From the NCBI GenBank assembly GCA_038087875.1, contig JAXLNO010000061.1, forward strand, positions 186,001 through 250,000: a stretch of 64,000 nt of DNA, read 5' to 3'. Positions 48,335 to 59,893 of the stretch are shown piece by piece. The translations under genes were made by a program, and so were the position numbers. This DNA comes from Malacoraja senta (Eukaryota). The notes below the pieces were generated by a model. The model did not search any database. It worked only from the letters and a program-made list of their open reading frames with translations, and was not told where the DNA came from. Position 1 is the first letter of the stretch, and every line of letters starts with the position of its first letter.

Positions 48335-49787
48335 GTTTAAGAAGGAACTGCAGATGCTGAAAAATTGAAGGTACACAAAAGTGCTGGAGAAACTCAACGG
48401 GTGTGGCAGCATCTATGGAGCGACGGAAATAGGCAACGTTTCAGGCCGAAACCCTTCTTCAGACTACATATGATATATACCACAATGACATGCAGCAAAA
48501 TTATAATACAGTATCTCAACTCTTTTTACACGTTGCAATGAATGCAATTTCTATTATTTCTTTCCACTTCCAAACAAAAATGTGGTTGGATTATTCAGCT
48601 TATGATCAACCTCGGTGAGACCAAGGCTTGGCGATCGCTTCGCACAACACCTCCACTCAGTTTGCAATAACCAACCTGATCTCCCGGTGGCTCAACACTT
48701 CCACTCCCCCTCTCCCTGCCCCTCCCATTCTGAATCCGACCTTTCTGTCCTGGGCCTCCTCCATGGATGGAGTGAGGCCCACCGCATATTGGAGGAGCAG
48801 CACCTCATATTTGCTTGGGTAGTTTACACCCCAGCGGTATGAATATTGGCTTCTCTAATTTCAGGTAGTCCTTGCTTTCTCCCTCCTTCCCCTCCCATTC
48901 CCAGCTCTCCCACAGCCTACTGTCTCCACCTCTTCCTTTCTTTTTCGTGTCCCCCCCCCCGACATCAATCTGAAGAAGGGTCTCGACCCGAAACATCGCC
49001 TATTCCTTCGCTCCATAGATGCTGCCTTACCCGCTGATTTTCTCCAGCTTTTTTGTCTACCAATGGGATCCCACCACTGGCCACATCTTCCCATCTCCTC
49101 TCCTGTTGGCTTTCCGCAGAGACCTCTCCCTCCGTTACTCCCTGGTTAATTCGTCCCCTCCCACCCAAACCACACCCTCTCCTGGCACTTTCCCTTGCAA
49201 CCGCAGGAAATGCTATCCTTGTCGCTTTACCTCCCCCCTTGACTCCATTCAAGGACCCAAGCAGACTTTCCAGGTGCGGCAGAGGTTCACCTGCACCTCC
49301 TCCAACCTCATCTATTGCATCCGCTGGTCTAGGTGTTAGCTGCTCTACATCAGTGAGACCAAGCATAGGCTTGGCGATCGCTTCGCCCAACACCTCCGCT
49401 CGGTCCGCATTAACCAAATTGATCTCCCGGTGGCTCAGCACTTCAACTCCCCCTCCCATTCCGAATCCGACCTTTGTGTCCTGGGCCTCTTCCATGGCGA
49501 GAGTGAGGCCCACCATAAATTGGAGGAGCAGTACCTCATATTTCGCTTGGGCAGTTTACACCCCTGTGGTATGAAAAATGACTTTTTCAATTTCAGGTAG
49601 TCCCTGCTTTCTCCCCCCCTTCCCAGCTCTCCCTCAGCCCACTGTCTCCGCCTCTTCCTTTCTTCTTCCCATCCCCCCCACCCTCACATCAGTCTGAAGA
49701 AGGGTTTCGACCCGAAACGTCGCCTATTTCCTTCGCTCCATAGATGCTGCCTCACCCGCTGATTTTCTCCAGCATTTCTGTCTACCC
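48335..49787 (+). mobile_element. Penelope-like element 3' fragments (GIY-YIG endonuclease), tandem copies plus an inverted terminal copy
   Basis: FTCTSSNLIYCI..S.C..LYI.ETK.RLGDRFAQH motif; copies at 48612-49060 and 49061-49787; inverted 3' end at 48335-48465. Confidence 0.85.
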
Positions 49788-51010
49788 ATTCACACAAGTT
49801 CTGTTATCCCATCTTCCTCACCCACTCCCTACACATTAGGGGCAATTTTACAGAGACAAGTTAACCTAGAAAGCCAATGTGTCTTTGGGATGTGGGAGGA
49901 AACCCACATGCTTGCAGGGAGAATGTGCAAATTCAACGCAGACAGTGCCCGAGGACAGGATCAAACACAGATATCTGGCGTGTGAGGCAGCAAGTACCAG
50001 CTGTGCCACTATATTTTGTTTTCCAACACACAAAAATATACGTTAATAACTTTGGTGACTGAAAAAATGAAAATATCCATTTTCAGTTTTAAGTCTCCAA
50101 GTGACGCTATGTCCCCCTTTACAGCTACTGTATGTTTTAATTCAGTTCAAGACTATGGGGCAGTACATTGGCAATAAAGTTGCTGCCTAAAAGTGCCAGG
50201 GTGCTGTCTGTCTGTCACACGCACGCACGCGCGCACACACGCACACACGCACACACGCACACACGCACTAATCCCTGCCCCATGTCAGTCCATGGGTCCA
50301 TGGCACTGTGTTCTCTATGCATGAGGGCTGCTGGGACCAGGGTATCATGATCTTGATTTGCCTAAAAACACAAAGCTGCTCTAGTGATCTGAGAAACTGC
50401 TGAATTGAAGGTCAGAATGGCCAGACGCTGAGTTAGTGTCGCGTAACTTCCTGATGCAGGATGTGGACCATTCACTGAGACGGGAGTGCAGTGAGAGGGG
50501 GAGAAACAGAGGGGAGAGGGGTGTGGGAGAGGGGGGAGAGAGGGAGAGGGTGAGAGAGAGAGGGGGAGAGAGAGGGGGGAGAGAGAGAGAGAAAGCGGGG
50601 AAGCGAAAGGGGAGAGAGAGGGGGAGAGAAAGGGGGGGGAGAGAGAAAGGGGAGAGGGAGGGGGAGGGAGAGAGGGGGTGAGAGAGAGGGAGAGAGAGCG
50701 AGAGGTTGAAGGGGGGAATAATAGGGGGAGATAAGGAAGAGGAGGGGGAGAGAGAAGAGAAGGAGGGAGGTTGGGGGCTGGGAGATGGAGAAGTGAGAGC
50801 AGAAAGTAAGATAGATGTGAAAGTGCGGAGTGAAAGAGGGAATGTTCGAGGGAGAGAGAGAGATAAGATAGAGAGTAGAGAGAAGGAGGGGAGAGAGGGA
50901 GGAGAGAGAAGTTAAAGAGGAGGCAGTTGATTGGGGGAGATAAGGAAAGAGAGGGAGGGGAGGGGGGAATGAAAGGGGAAGAGAGGAGGGAGAGAAGTGA
51001 GGGAGGGTCC

Positions 51011-54000
51011 TGTAGCCCCACCAAGTGGTGGGTTAGCGGAATGCGAACCCTCGCTATTGGCTGGCGTCATCACATGATAGCGGGTGTGTTTTCGCGGGCT
51101 TTCATTCCTTAGTTGTTTGAGCTCCACCCGTGTAACAGCAGCTTTTATATATCTGGCTGACCCAGCACGCGGTCTGCGAATACTTCTTTTGTTCATCGTT
51201 TACAAATAATGATTTGTTTTACTCAACCTGTCCATCACGCCAAAGTGGTGACCCCGCCGGTCCGATCGTGAATTTGGATCCCAACCATGAATGCCAGCGA
51301 AAACCTCGACGCCCGGCCTGCTCAGCAAACGCTGTGGCCCTGAAACTGCCTGTTTTCTGGGCAGTGCAGCCTCAAGTGTGGTTCACCCACATTGAGGCCC
51401 AGTTGGAACTCCGCATCATCGTCGAGGATGTCACTCGCTACTTTTACGTGGTTGGGGCGCTCAGTCAGGAGACAGCCACCCGATTGTTGCCGTACCTGCA
51501 GAATCCGCCCGTGTTCGGGAAATACGAGGGCAGCAAGGAGCTGCTGCTCCGCACTTTTGGGCTCAGTCTCCGCGATCGCGCCACCAGCCTTCTGCATATG
51601 GACGGCCTCGGCGATCGCAGGCCGTCCGCGTTGATGAGCGAGATGTTCGCTCTGATGGACAGAATCATCGCCTCTATGTCCGGGACCGCCGTTCCAGGCT
51701 TCGCTCCCTCGTTGACTCCGGGGCTGTCCTCGATACCCGTGCTGGTAAGCACGGCCCCGTCCTGAACGCCATCCACAGTCGCCCCATTCGCACTTACGGC
51801 ACGCGGACTCTTTCACTTGTTCTCAACTCCCGCCCATACACGTGGACTCCCCACCATCGCGGACGTTTCCCAGCCGTTACTGGCGCCGATTTCCTGCGGG
51901 CCTTCTCGTTAATGATGGCTGTGCAGGGCCGGCGCCTCATGCCTCCGGAGTCCCCACGGCCCGTTGCCCCGCAGCCCGCGGACCCTTCCAGCCTGCAGCT
52001 GGGTGCGGTGGCTGATGGGGACGGCCCGTATACCTCCCTGCTCGCTGACTTCCCAGAGCTTCTGACCCCCCGTTTTCACGCAGCCGCTCTTAAGCCTAGG
52101 GTGGTCCATCACGTCCCTACCGCCGGTCCCCCACTGTATGCACGGGCGCGCGGCTCCGCCCGACAAGCTGCGGATCGCAGAGGAGTTCCGACAAATGGAG
52201 GATATGGGGATTGTGCGCCGCTCTGACAGCCCGTGGCCATCCCTGTGCACATGCTCCCCAAATCATCAGAAAACGCTGGTGGGTGTTGTGTACAGGCCAC
52301 CTAGCAGTAGTAGTGAAATTGGGGATGGCATCAAACAGGAAATTAGAAATGCGTGCAACAAAGGCAAAATAGTTATAATGGGTGACTTCAATCTACATAT
52401 AGATTGGGTGAATCAAATTGGCAGGGGTGCTGAGGAAGAGGATTCTTGGAATGTATGCGGGATAGTTATCTAAACCAACATGTAGAGGAACCAACGAGAG
52501 AGCAGGCTATTCTACACTGGGTATTGAGTAATGAGGAAGGGTTAGTTAGCAGTCTTGTTGTACGTGCCCCCTTGGGCAAGAGTGACCATAATATGGTTGA
52601 GTTCTTCATTGGGATGGAGAGTGACATTGTTAATTCAGAAACAACGGTTCTGAACTTAAAGAAAGGTAACTTTGAGGGTATGAGACGTGAATTGGCCAAG
52701 ATTGACTGGCAATTAGTTCTAAAAGGGTTGACGGTGGATATGCAATGGAAGGCATTTAAAGACTGCATGGATGAACTACAAAAATTGTTCATCGCAGTTT
52801 GGCAAAAGAATAAATCAGGGAAGGTAGTGCATCCGTGGATAACAAGGGAAATCAGGGATAGTATCAAAGCAAATGATGATGCGTACAAATTAGCCAGAAA
52901 AAGCAGCATACCAAAGGACTGGGAGAAATTCAGAGACCAGCAGACGAGGACAAAGGGCTTAATTAGGAAAGGGAAAATAGATTATGAAAGGAAACTGGCA
53001 GGGAACATAAAAACTGACTGCAAAAGTTTTTATAGATATGTGAAGAGAAAGAGATTAGTTAAAACAAATGTAGGTCCCTTGCAGTCAGAAACAGGTGAAT
53101 TGATCATCGGGAACAAGGATATGGCGGACCAATTGAATAACTACTTTGGTTCCGTCTTCACTAAGGAAGACATAAATAATCTGCCGGAAATAGCAGGGGG
53201 CCGCGGGTCAAAGGAGATGGAGGAACTGAGTGAAATCCAGGTTAGTTGGGAAGTGGTGTTGGGTAAATTGAATAGATTAAAGGGCGATAAATCACCAGGG
53301 CCAGATAGGCTGCATCCCAGAGTACTTAAGGAAGTAGCTCCAGAAATAGTGGATGCATTAGTGATAATTTTTCAAAACTCATTAGATTCTGGAGTAGTTC
53401 CTGAGGATTGGAGGGTAGCAAACGTAACCCCACTTTTTAAGAAGGGAGGGACAGAGAAAACGGGGAATTACAGACCAGTTAGTCTAACATTGGTAGTGGG
53501 GAAACTGCTAGAGTCAGTTATTAAAGATGGGATAGCAGCACATTTGGAAAGTGGTGAAATCATTGGACAAAGTCAGCATGGATTTACGAAAGGTAAATCG
53601 TGTCTGACGAATCTTATAGAATTTTTCGAGGATGTAACTAGTAGAGTGGATAGGGGAGAACCAGTGGATGTGTTGTATCTGGACTTTCAGAAGGCTTTCG
53701 ACAAGGTACCACATAAGAGATTAGGATACAAACTTAAATCACACGGTATTGGGGGTTCAGTATTGATGTGGATAGAGAACTGGCTGGCAAACAGGAAGCA
53801 AAGAGTAGGAGTAAACGGGTCCTTTTCACAATGGCAGGCAGTGACTAGTGGGGTACCGCAAGGCTTAGTGCTGGGACCCCAGCTATTTACAATTTATATT
53901 AATGAGCTGGATGAGGGAATTGAAAGCAACATCTCCAAGTTTGCGGATGACACTAAGCTGGGGGGCAGTGTTAGCTGTGAGGAGGATGCTATGAGACTGC

Positions 54001-56894
54001 AAGGTGACTTGGATAGGCTGGGTGAGTGGGCAAATGTTTGGCAGATGCAGTATAATGTGGATAAATGTGAGGTTATCCACTTTGGTGGCAAAAACGGGAA
54101 GGCAGACTATTATCTAAATGGTGGCTGATTAGGAAATGGGGAGATGCAGCGAGACCTGGGCGTCATGGTACACCAGTCATTGAAAGTGGGCATGCAGGTG
54201 CAGCAGGCAGTGAAGAAAGCGAATGGTATGTTGGCCTTCATAGCAAGAGGATTTGAGTATAGGAGCAGGGAGGTTCTACTGCAGTTGTACAGGGTCTTGG
54301 TGAGACCACACCTGGAGTATTGCATACAGTTTTGGTCTCCAAATCTGAGGAAGGACATTATAGCCATAGAGGGAGTGCAGAGAAGGTTCACCAGACTGAT
54401 TCCTGGGATGTCAGGACTTTCATATGAAGAAAGACTGGATAGACTCGGCTTCTACTCGAGTTCATTGGCTATATTTAAGAGGAAGTTAGATGTGGCCCTT
54501 GTGGCTAAGGGGATCAGGGGATATGGAGAGAAGGCAGGTACGGGATACTGAGTTGGATGATCAGCCATGATCATATTGAATGGCGGTGCAGGCTCGAAGG
54601 GCCGAATGGCCTACTCCTGCACCTATTTTCTATGTTTCTATGTTTCTAAGTTTCTATCTGGGGGGTGGAGACCATGGGGGATTACCGACGCCTGAACGCT
54701 GTCACGACCACGGACCCCTCGTATTCAGGACTTTACGGCCCACCTGGATCTAAGGTGGACCTGGTGCGGGGCTACCACCAGATTCCGTCCACCCCGATGA
54801 TGTGCCCAAGACCCTCCACATGGCCATCATCACCTAATTCGGCCTTTTTGAATGGCTGCGCATGCCGTTTGGTTTAAAGAATGTCGCGCAGGCTTTCCAG
54901 CAGCTCATGGATACAGTGGGTCGGTGCCTGGACTTAATTTCCATATACCTGGACGATATTATGGTCGCGAGCCACTCCCACCATGAACGCTGTGCGCACC
55001 TACGGTGTTGTTCCGGTGGCTTCAGGATCACGGGCTTGTGATCAACGCTGCCAAGTGTCAGTTTGGCCTTCGCTCATTTGCCTTCCTAGAGCATCAGGTC
55101 ACATTGCAGGGTGCGGCCCCGCTGCCCGCTGAGGTGGAGGCCATTTGGCAGTTCCCCTGGCCGCTTTGTCGGCATGGTAAATTTTTATCATCGCTTCGTG
55201 CCAGCGGTGGCCCGAATCATTCGGCCTTTGTTTCAGTGCCTTTATTTGGCGGTCTGCCATTTCCGATACTTCCTGGAGGGCAGGCCTTTCACGGCCTTCA
55301 CGGACCACAAGCCCCTGACGTTCACCTTTACCAAGGTTAGCTCGGCAACAGCGGCACCTGGCACGTTCAGCGTGTGGAAGGCAAGCTGAACCTGGTCGCG
55401 GATGCTTTGTCTTGCTCTGCGATCCCGGCCGTGGCGTCTGTGGACCCCAGCGTGGTTTATTCGGGGCTGGACGCTGTGCAACGCGAGCATGGTGAAATGG
55501 ACACATACCAGACGGCTGCCTTAGGGTTGACGTTGGCTGATGTCCCGTACAGTCCGGCAGGTGTGTCGGTCCTCTGCGACGTGTCCAGTGGGAGACCACA
55601 CCCTATCGTCCCCGTGGTTTGGCGGCGACCTGTGTTCAACGCTGTCCATGGTCTGGCCCATCCTTCCATCCGGGCGACTTCTGCGTTGGTAGCGGACAAG
55701 TTTGTCTGGCAGGGCCTCGATAAACAGGTTGCGGCCTGGGCCTGTATTCCCTGTCAGACATTGAAAATCCAGCAGCATGTGTGGGCGCCGCTGCAGGATT
55801 TCCTGGTCCCCCCTGTCGTTTCCAGCACATTCATGTCGATTTGGTGAGTCCGCTGCCGATATCACGCGGTGCCAGCCACCTGCTGACTGTCATAGATCAC
55901 TTCACGAGGTGGCCAGAGGCAGTTCCACTCGCTGACACCTCCACCGGGTCTTGTGCTCGGGCTCTCGCGGCCCATTGGATTGCTCGTGTGCCTGAGGACA
56001 TCTCCACCAACCGGGGGGCTCAGTTTACTTTGGCTTTGTGGTCGGTTTTGGCGCAGCTGTATGGGATGCAGTTGCATCACACCACCGCCTATCAGGCCAA
56101 CGGGTTGGTGCATCGGCATTTGAAGTGGGCGCTGAAGGCGTGGCTTACGGGCCCGGACTGGGTCGACCAGTTGCCATGGGTGCTGCTGGGGATCCGCACG
56201 GCCACGAAGGCGGATTTGGACACGTCGTCCGCTGAGCTCGTGTACGGCTCCCCGCTGCGGGTGCCTGGGGATTTCCTTCCTGCGGCTCAAGGGCAGCAGG
56301 AGCCCACTCCGTCTGTGTTGGTGAACCTCCAGGAGAAAGTGGGCAGCCTGACTCCCATCCCGACCTCTTGGCATGGGGCTGCTCCGGTATATGTGCCGCC
56401 GGAGCTTAAGAACTGTTTATTTGTGTTTCTCCGCAGGGACTCGCACCGGACTCCGATGCTGCGGGTTTATGACGGTCCTTTCCGGGTGGTTGCACAACCC
56501 CGGCGTAGAGGTCGTCCGCTCGTCGTGCCAGTTGCACCTGTTGTGCCTGTCTCCCCATGCGTCTGTAACATTTGCTGGCTCTGTTCTGCCAGTTCCACCT
56601 GTAAGGCCGGTTGTTCCCCTCGTTTCCACTCGGTCCGGTCACCTCATTCGGCCTCCCGCTAGGTTCCTTACCTCGGGTTCTGGGGGGGGGGAGGGTCCTG
56701 TAGCAGCAGCTAGTGGTGGCTTGGGGAAGTGCGAACCCTCACTATTGGCTGGCGCCATCACGTGATCGCTGGTGTGTTATCGCATGCTTTTATTCCTCAG
56801 TCGACAGAGCACCTCCCGTGTAGCAGGAACTATTATATATTTGGCTGACACAGCACGCAGTTTGCGTATACTCAACCTGCCTGTCTCGCCAAAG
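51011..56894 (+). mobile_element. Gypsy LTR retrotransposon (degraded) with CR1 inserted in RT
   Basis: LTRs 51011-51245 and 56699-56894; PBS TGGTGACCCCG (tRNA-Trp); PPT before the 3' LTR; gag KLPVFW..PQVWF, RT DYRRLN/YLDD, TDHKPL, integrase HIHVDLV/TRWPEA. Confidence 0.92.
52262..54655 (+). mobile_element. Young 5'-truncated CR1 LINE
   Basis: 560-aa ORF at 52446-54128; (TATGTTTC)n tail; splits Gypsy RT ..HMLPK|GGWRP. Confidence 0.95.
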
Positions 56895-57254
56895 TAGATA
56901 CAAAATGCTGGGGTAACTCAGCGGGACAGGCAGCATCGCTGGAGAAAAGGAATGGGTGACGTTTCGGGTTGAGATCCTTCTTCAGAGGAGAGTGAGGGTG
57001 GTTGGGGGAGAGAGAGGGGGGAGGGAGAGGGGGAGTGAGAGGGTAGAAAGAAAGAGGGATGAGGAAGGGGGAGTGAAAGAGGGGCAGAGGGAGAGATGGA
57101 GAGGGGTTTAATGAGGGGGGAGAGGGGGAGAGAGAGAGGGGGAGAGAGAGAGGGGGAGAGAGAGAGGGGGAGAGAGAGGGAGAGGGAGGGGGGAGGGAGA
57201 GGAGAGAGGGGGAGGGGGAGGGGGAGGGGGAGGGAGAGAGAGAGGGAGAGAGAG

Positions 57255-58630
57255 ATATCCGTACGACCAGTGTTCACAGAAGGCCTCCAGAGTTCCCGTG
57301 AACACCTCTCCAGGGACATAGGCCCGGAAGAGGGGTAAGCAGCAGACTCTGGTGTGATCATTGACTGCCCACTGCCTGGACCCATGGATGGCCATCTTGG
57401 CCAGGCCTAGGAGCAAACCGACAGGGGGATCGCACCCTCCCGATCGACCCTGCCCCCTCCCTGCCTTGTGCCCCAAATACAAAATGCAACCAGAACCTGA
57501 GGAGCAGCCCCTTCAGATACTCATACAAAGGCTGCAGCCTCTCACAAACCATATACACGTGGAACACAGTCTCTTCCTCACCGCAGAAGTCACATAGAAA
57601 CATAGAAAATAGGTGCAGGAGGCCATTCAGCCCTTCGAGCCAGCACCGCCATTCATTGTGATCATGGCTGATCGTCTCCTATCAATAACCCGTGCCTGCC
57701 TTCTCCCCATATCCCTTGACTCCACCAGCCCCTAGAGCTCTATCTAATTCTCTCTTAAATCCATCCAGTGATTTGGCCTCCACTGCCCTCTGTGGCAGGG
57801 AATTCCATAAATTCACAACTCTCTGGGTGAAAAAGTTTTTTCTCACCTCAATCTTAAATGACCTCCCCTTTATTCTAAGACTGTGGCCCCTGGTTCTGGA
57901 CTCGCCCTCGGACTAGAAGGGCCGAGATGGCCTGTTTCCGTGCTGTAATTGTTATATGGTTATATGGTTATAACATTTGGAACATTTTTCCTGCATCTAG
58001 CTTGTCCAGTCCTTTTATAATTTTATATGTTTCTATAAGATCCTTCTAAACTCCAGTGAATACAAGCCTAATTTTTTCAATCTTTCCTCATATGACAGTC
58101 CCGCCATCCCAGGGATCAATCTCGTGAACCTATGCTGCACTGCTTCAATCACAAGGATGTCCTTCCTCAAATTAGGAGACCAAAATTGTACACAATACTC
58201 CAGATGTGGTCTCACCAGAGCCCTATAAAACTGCTGAAAAACCTCTTTACTCCTATACTGAAATCCTCGCGACAGGCGGCTGGTGAATCCGTAAACCAAC
58301 TGGAATATCTGTTACATGCCTCAGCTCTGTGCAACACTCTCCACCCCAGGCCCCTGATGTAAAGGAGGAGAACTCCCTTATAGAGAGACCTCCCCCAGGG
58401 ACCGCTCCCACTGTCAGGTGGTAACACCGCGTGTCCGGACGGAAGACGATGGCAAGGAAGTGTAGCGTGTAAAGGAGCAACCTGTACAGTAAACGTCTCT
58501 CCACGTCACGGAATGACATGCTGAGCATCTCGGAAAGGCAGCTCTTGGTGTGTTGGGCCCGCTCACGGGAAAGATTCCGTGGCCTTGGTTCAATGAGTAA
58601 TTCCCAAGAAATGCCCAAGATCTTGGCCTC
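57255..58630 (-). mobile_element. L1/Tx1-clade LINE ORF2 C-terminal fragment interrupted by a minus-strand CR1 (~57593-58265)
   Basis: CCHC knuckle CDFCGEEETVFHVYMVC; upstream LGWRVLH. Confidence 0.75.
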
Positions 58631-59893
58631 CACTGCTGTCTGGCAATGAATCCCACAGATTCACCACCCTCTGACTAAAGACATTTCTCATCTCCTTTCT
58701 AATGGTACATCCATTTATTTGGAATAATGTGTTTATTGTTGGTCACCCAGTTATAGGAAAGATATCATTAAGCTGGAAAGAATGCAGAGAATATTTATGG
58801 GGATGTTGGTAGGACTATATGGAGAGGTTGGAGTGCAGGAAGATGAGGGGTGATCTTTAAGAGGTGTTTAGTTTACCTTTTGTTACATGTGAAAAGCTGT
58901 TCATTTATGTGGAGCGAAAAGCTTTTTATTGCACGCTACCCAGTCAGCTAAAAGGCTATACATGGTTACAATCATGCTGTCCACAGGATGCAGAAGCAGG
59001 ATCAAGATAGTACGATTCAAAGTAGTCCAAGGGTCGATGGGAGGTCAGGACCACTCGACGGTTCAGTTATCTGATAGCTGGGAATCTGGAGGAGTGCATT
59101 TTCAAATTAGTCTGATGGGAGAGGTGAGAAGGCTGGGGTGAGACTGGTCCTTGATTATGTTGGCGGCCTAGCTGAGGCAGCGTGAAGTGTAGATTAAGTC
59201 AGTGAAAAGGAGGTTGGTTTGTATGATGGTTTGGGCTACGTCTACACCTCTCTATAATTTCTTGCAGTCTTGGATGGAGCTGTTCCCAAACCATGCCGTG
59301 GTGCATCTGTAGAAGTTGGTGAGAGTTGTTGGGGACATGTCAAACATTCTGAGCCTTCGAAGGAAGTTGGTGTGCTTTGATGTGGTTGGTCCAGGACAAA
59401 TTGCTGGTGAGATCTATTGCTAAGAACGAAGCTTTTGACCATCTCTAGTACGGTGCCATTAATATATTCATGCTTGTGTGTACCACATTCAATTTCCTCT
59501 CAAGGTTCTCAGTGTCCTCAGATATATCTGATCAGCCCTGAAACATTTGCCTATTTCACTTTGCTTTCATTTATCATTCGTTTCAAGAGAATCTCACTTC
59601 CTGCACAAACACAGAACTAACTATTTCTTCACAGTCCAGATAAATATTCTTCCTCATTTAGCTCAGAAGAACTTTGGTCAGGCTATATTTGGAGTATTGC
59701 GTGCAGTACTGGCCGCCCCATAAAAGGAAGTATGTTGAGTCTTGGAGAGGGTGTGGAGGAAGTCATAGAGTGATACAGAGTGGAAACTTGCCCACGCTGG
59801 CCAACATGTCCCAGCTGCACTAGTATATATGTGTATTTGTGTCAGGCACATGCCGTCACCGTAGGCAAGGTCTGCACTGCCCACTCTGACTAA

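Noticed and set aside
59520..59670. ETS/IRF-like motifs (CACTTCCTG, TTTCACTTTGCTTTC) as an integrin enhancer; similar motifs at ~50430-50455
   Set aside because: Short motifs arise by chance, and they lie beyond an assembly gap with no first exon nearby.
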